Part shown: in pieces, positions 63,494 through 64,000 of the stretch
Layout of the letters: each line of letters begins with the position of its first letter
Position numbering within the stretch: position 1 is the first letter of the stretch
Origin: an uncultured candidate division Zixibacteria bacterium
GTDB lineage: Bacteria; Zixibacteria; MSB-5A5; GN15; FEB-12
Reading direction: 5' to 3'
Length of the DNA: 64,000 nucleotides
NCBI GenBank assembly: GCA_963735035.1
Contig: CAVTJJ010000003.1
Coordinates: 704,001-768,000, forward strand
Notes under the pieces: model-generated
What the model saw: only the letters and a program-made list of their open reading frames with translations
The model's database searches: none
What the model was told of the DNA's origin: nothing
Position numbers and translations under genes: made by a program

Positions 63494-64000
63494 GAAGTCA
63501 CATCTTTCTCACGCATGCCCTATTAGTGGCCACGTATACCTAACATCGGACATGTAGTGCCCTCCCCCGTAGTCTGTCAAGGACAAAACTGATCATCTAA
63601 AGGCCATTGGACTGCCTGTAGTAGCAATATAAACCCTGCACCTATTGTTGAAAGACCAAAGGTGCCTTGGTCCCCCTTGCGACAGACCCGAAGACATACC
63701 CGATCCCAATCCGACTGCGCTATCAATAATTGACGAAACTCGATGGAGCACAATAAGGTACGAGAATTGAAACCTGTCGGTTTGATGCTGTGTGGAGCTA
63801 TCGTCCTGTGGCGAATTGTACCATACTTCCAGGCCAGCCCCGACCTAATCGCAAGAAACTTGACTCTCGCAATCGACAATCATAGCTTGGAGCAAGCGCA
63901 CTTTGTTCAGTCAGACGCGCGAAAATCATGAACGTAACGCTGTTCACTTATTCTGTCGAGGAGACCGTGTGAAACATCTCATTACACTACCGGCTGCTCT

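Noticed and set aside
63577..63931. ORFs 63577-63879 (-) and 63743-63931 (+)
   Set aside because: They overlap each other, have no motifs and show atypical composition. Probably the upstream region of the Ehr operon.

Overview
GC-rich bacterial chromosome segment from an anaerobic diderm. Gene content suggests an uncultured lineage such as Zixibacteria, but this is inference only. No rRNA, tRNA, CRISPR or transposase was seen. From left to right: (1) A minus-strand operon hdrC-hdrB-hdrA(N-half)-nuoE/hydC-like-nuoF/hydB-like-[hydA/hoxU-like N-domain fused to hdrA C-half]-mvhD-mvhG-mvhA-maturation protease-DnaJ-type Zn finger. HdrA is cut inside its ferredoxin insert and an NAD(H)-linked HydABC/Bfu-type module sits in the gap. 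A divergent TetR gene has repeated palindromes upstream. (2) A heavy-metal block: His-tailed DMT transporter, exported YHS protein, sigma54 two-component system and cusCBA-like RND pump. (3) phoBR, a phosphate porin, pstSCAB and phoU. (4) A beta-barrel plus two multiheme cytochromes. (5) cstA, a QueG-like Fe-S protein and a CGNR regulator. (6) A five-gene operon: membrane His protein, 20-heme cytochrome, 46-heme repeat cytochrome, beta-barrel, and a membrane-anchored ferredoxin-flavoprotein. It reads as a cytoplasm-to-exterior electron conduit. (7) An orphan PD-(D/E)XK-like protein, a DEAD-box helicase and a FAD oxidase. (8) An Ehr (Ni-less Hyf-like) complex led by an HTH-PTS EIIA gene. At least eight single-base frameshifts break otherwise intact genes and are most likely sequencing or assembly indels.
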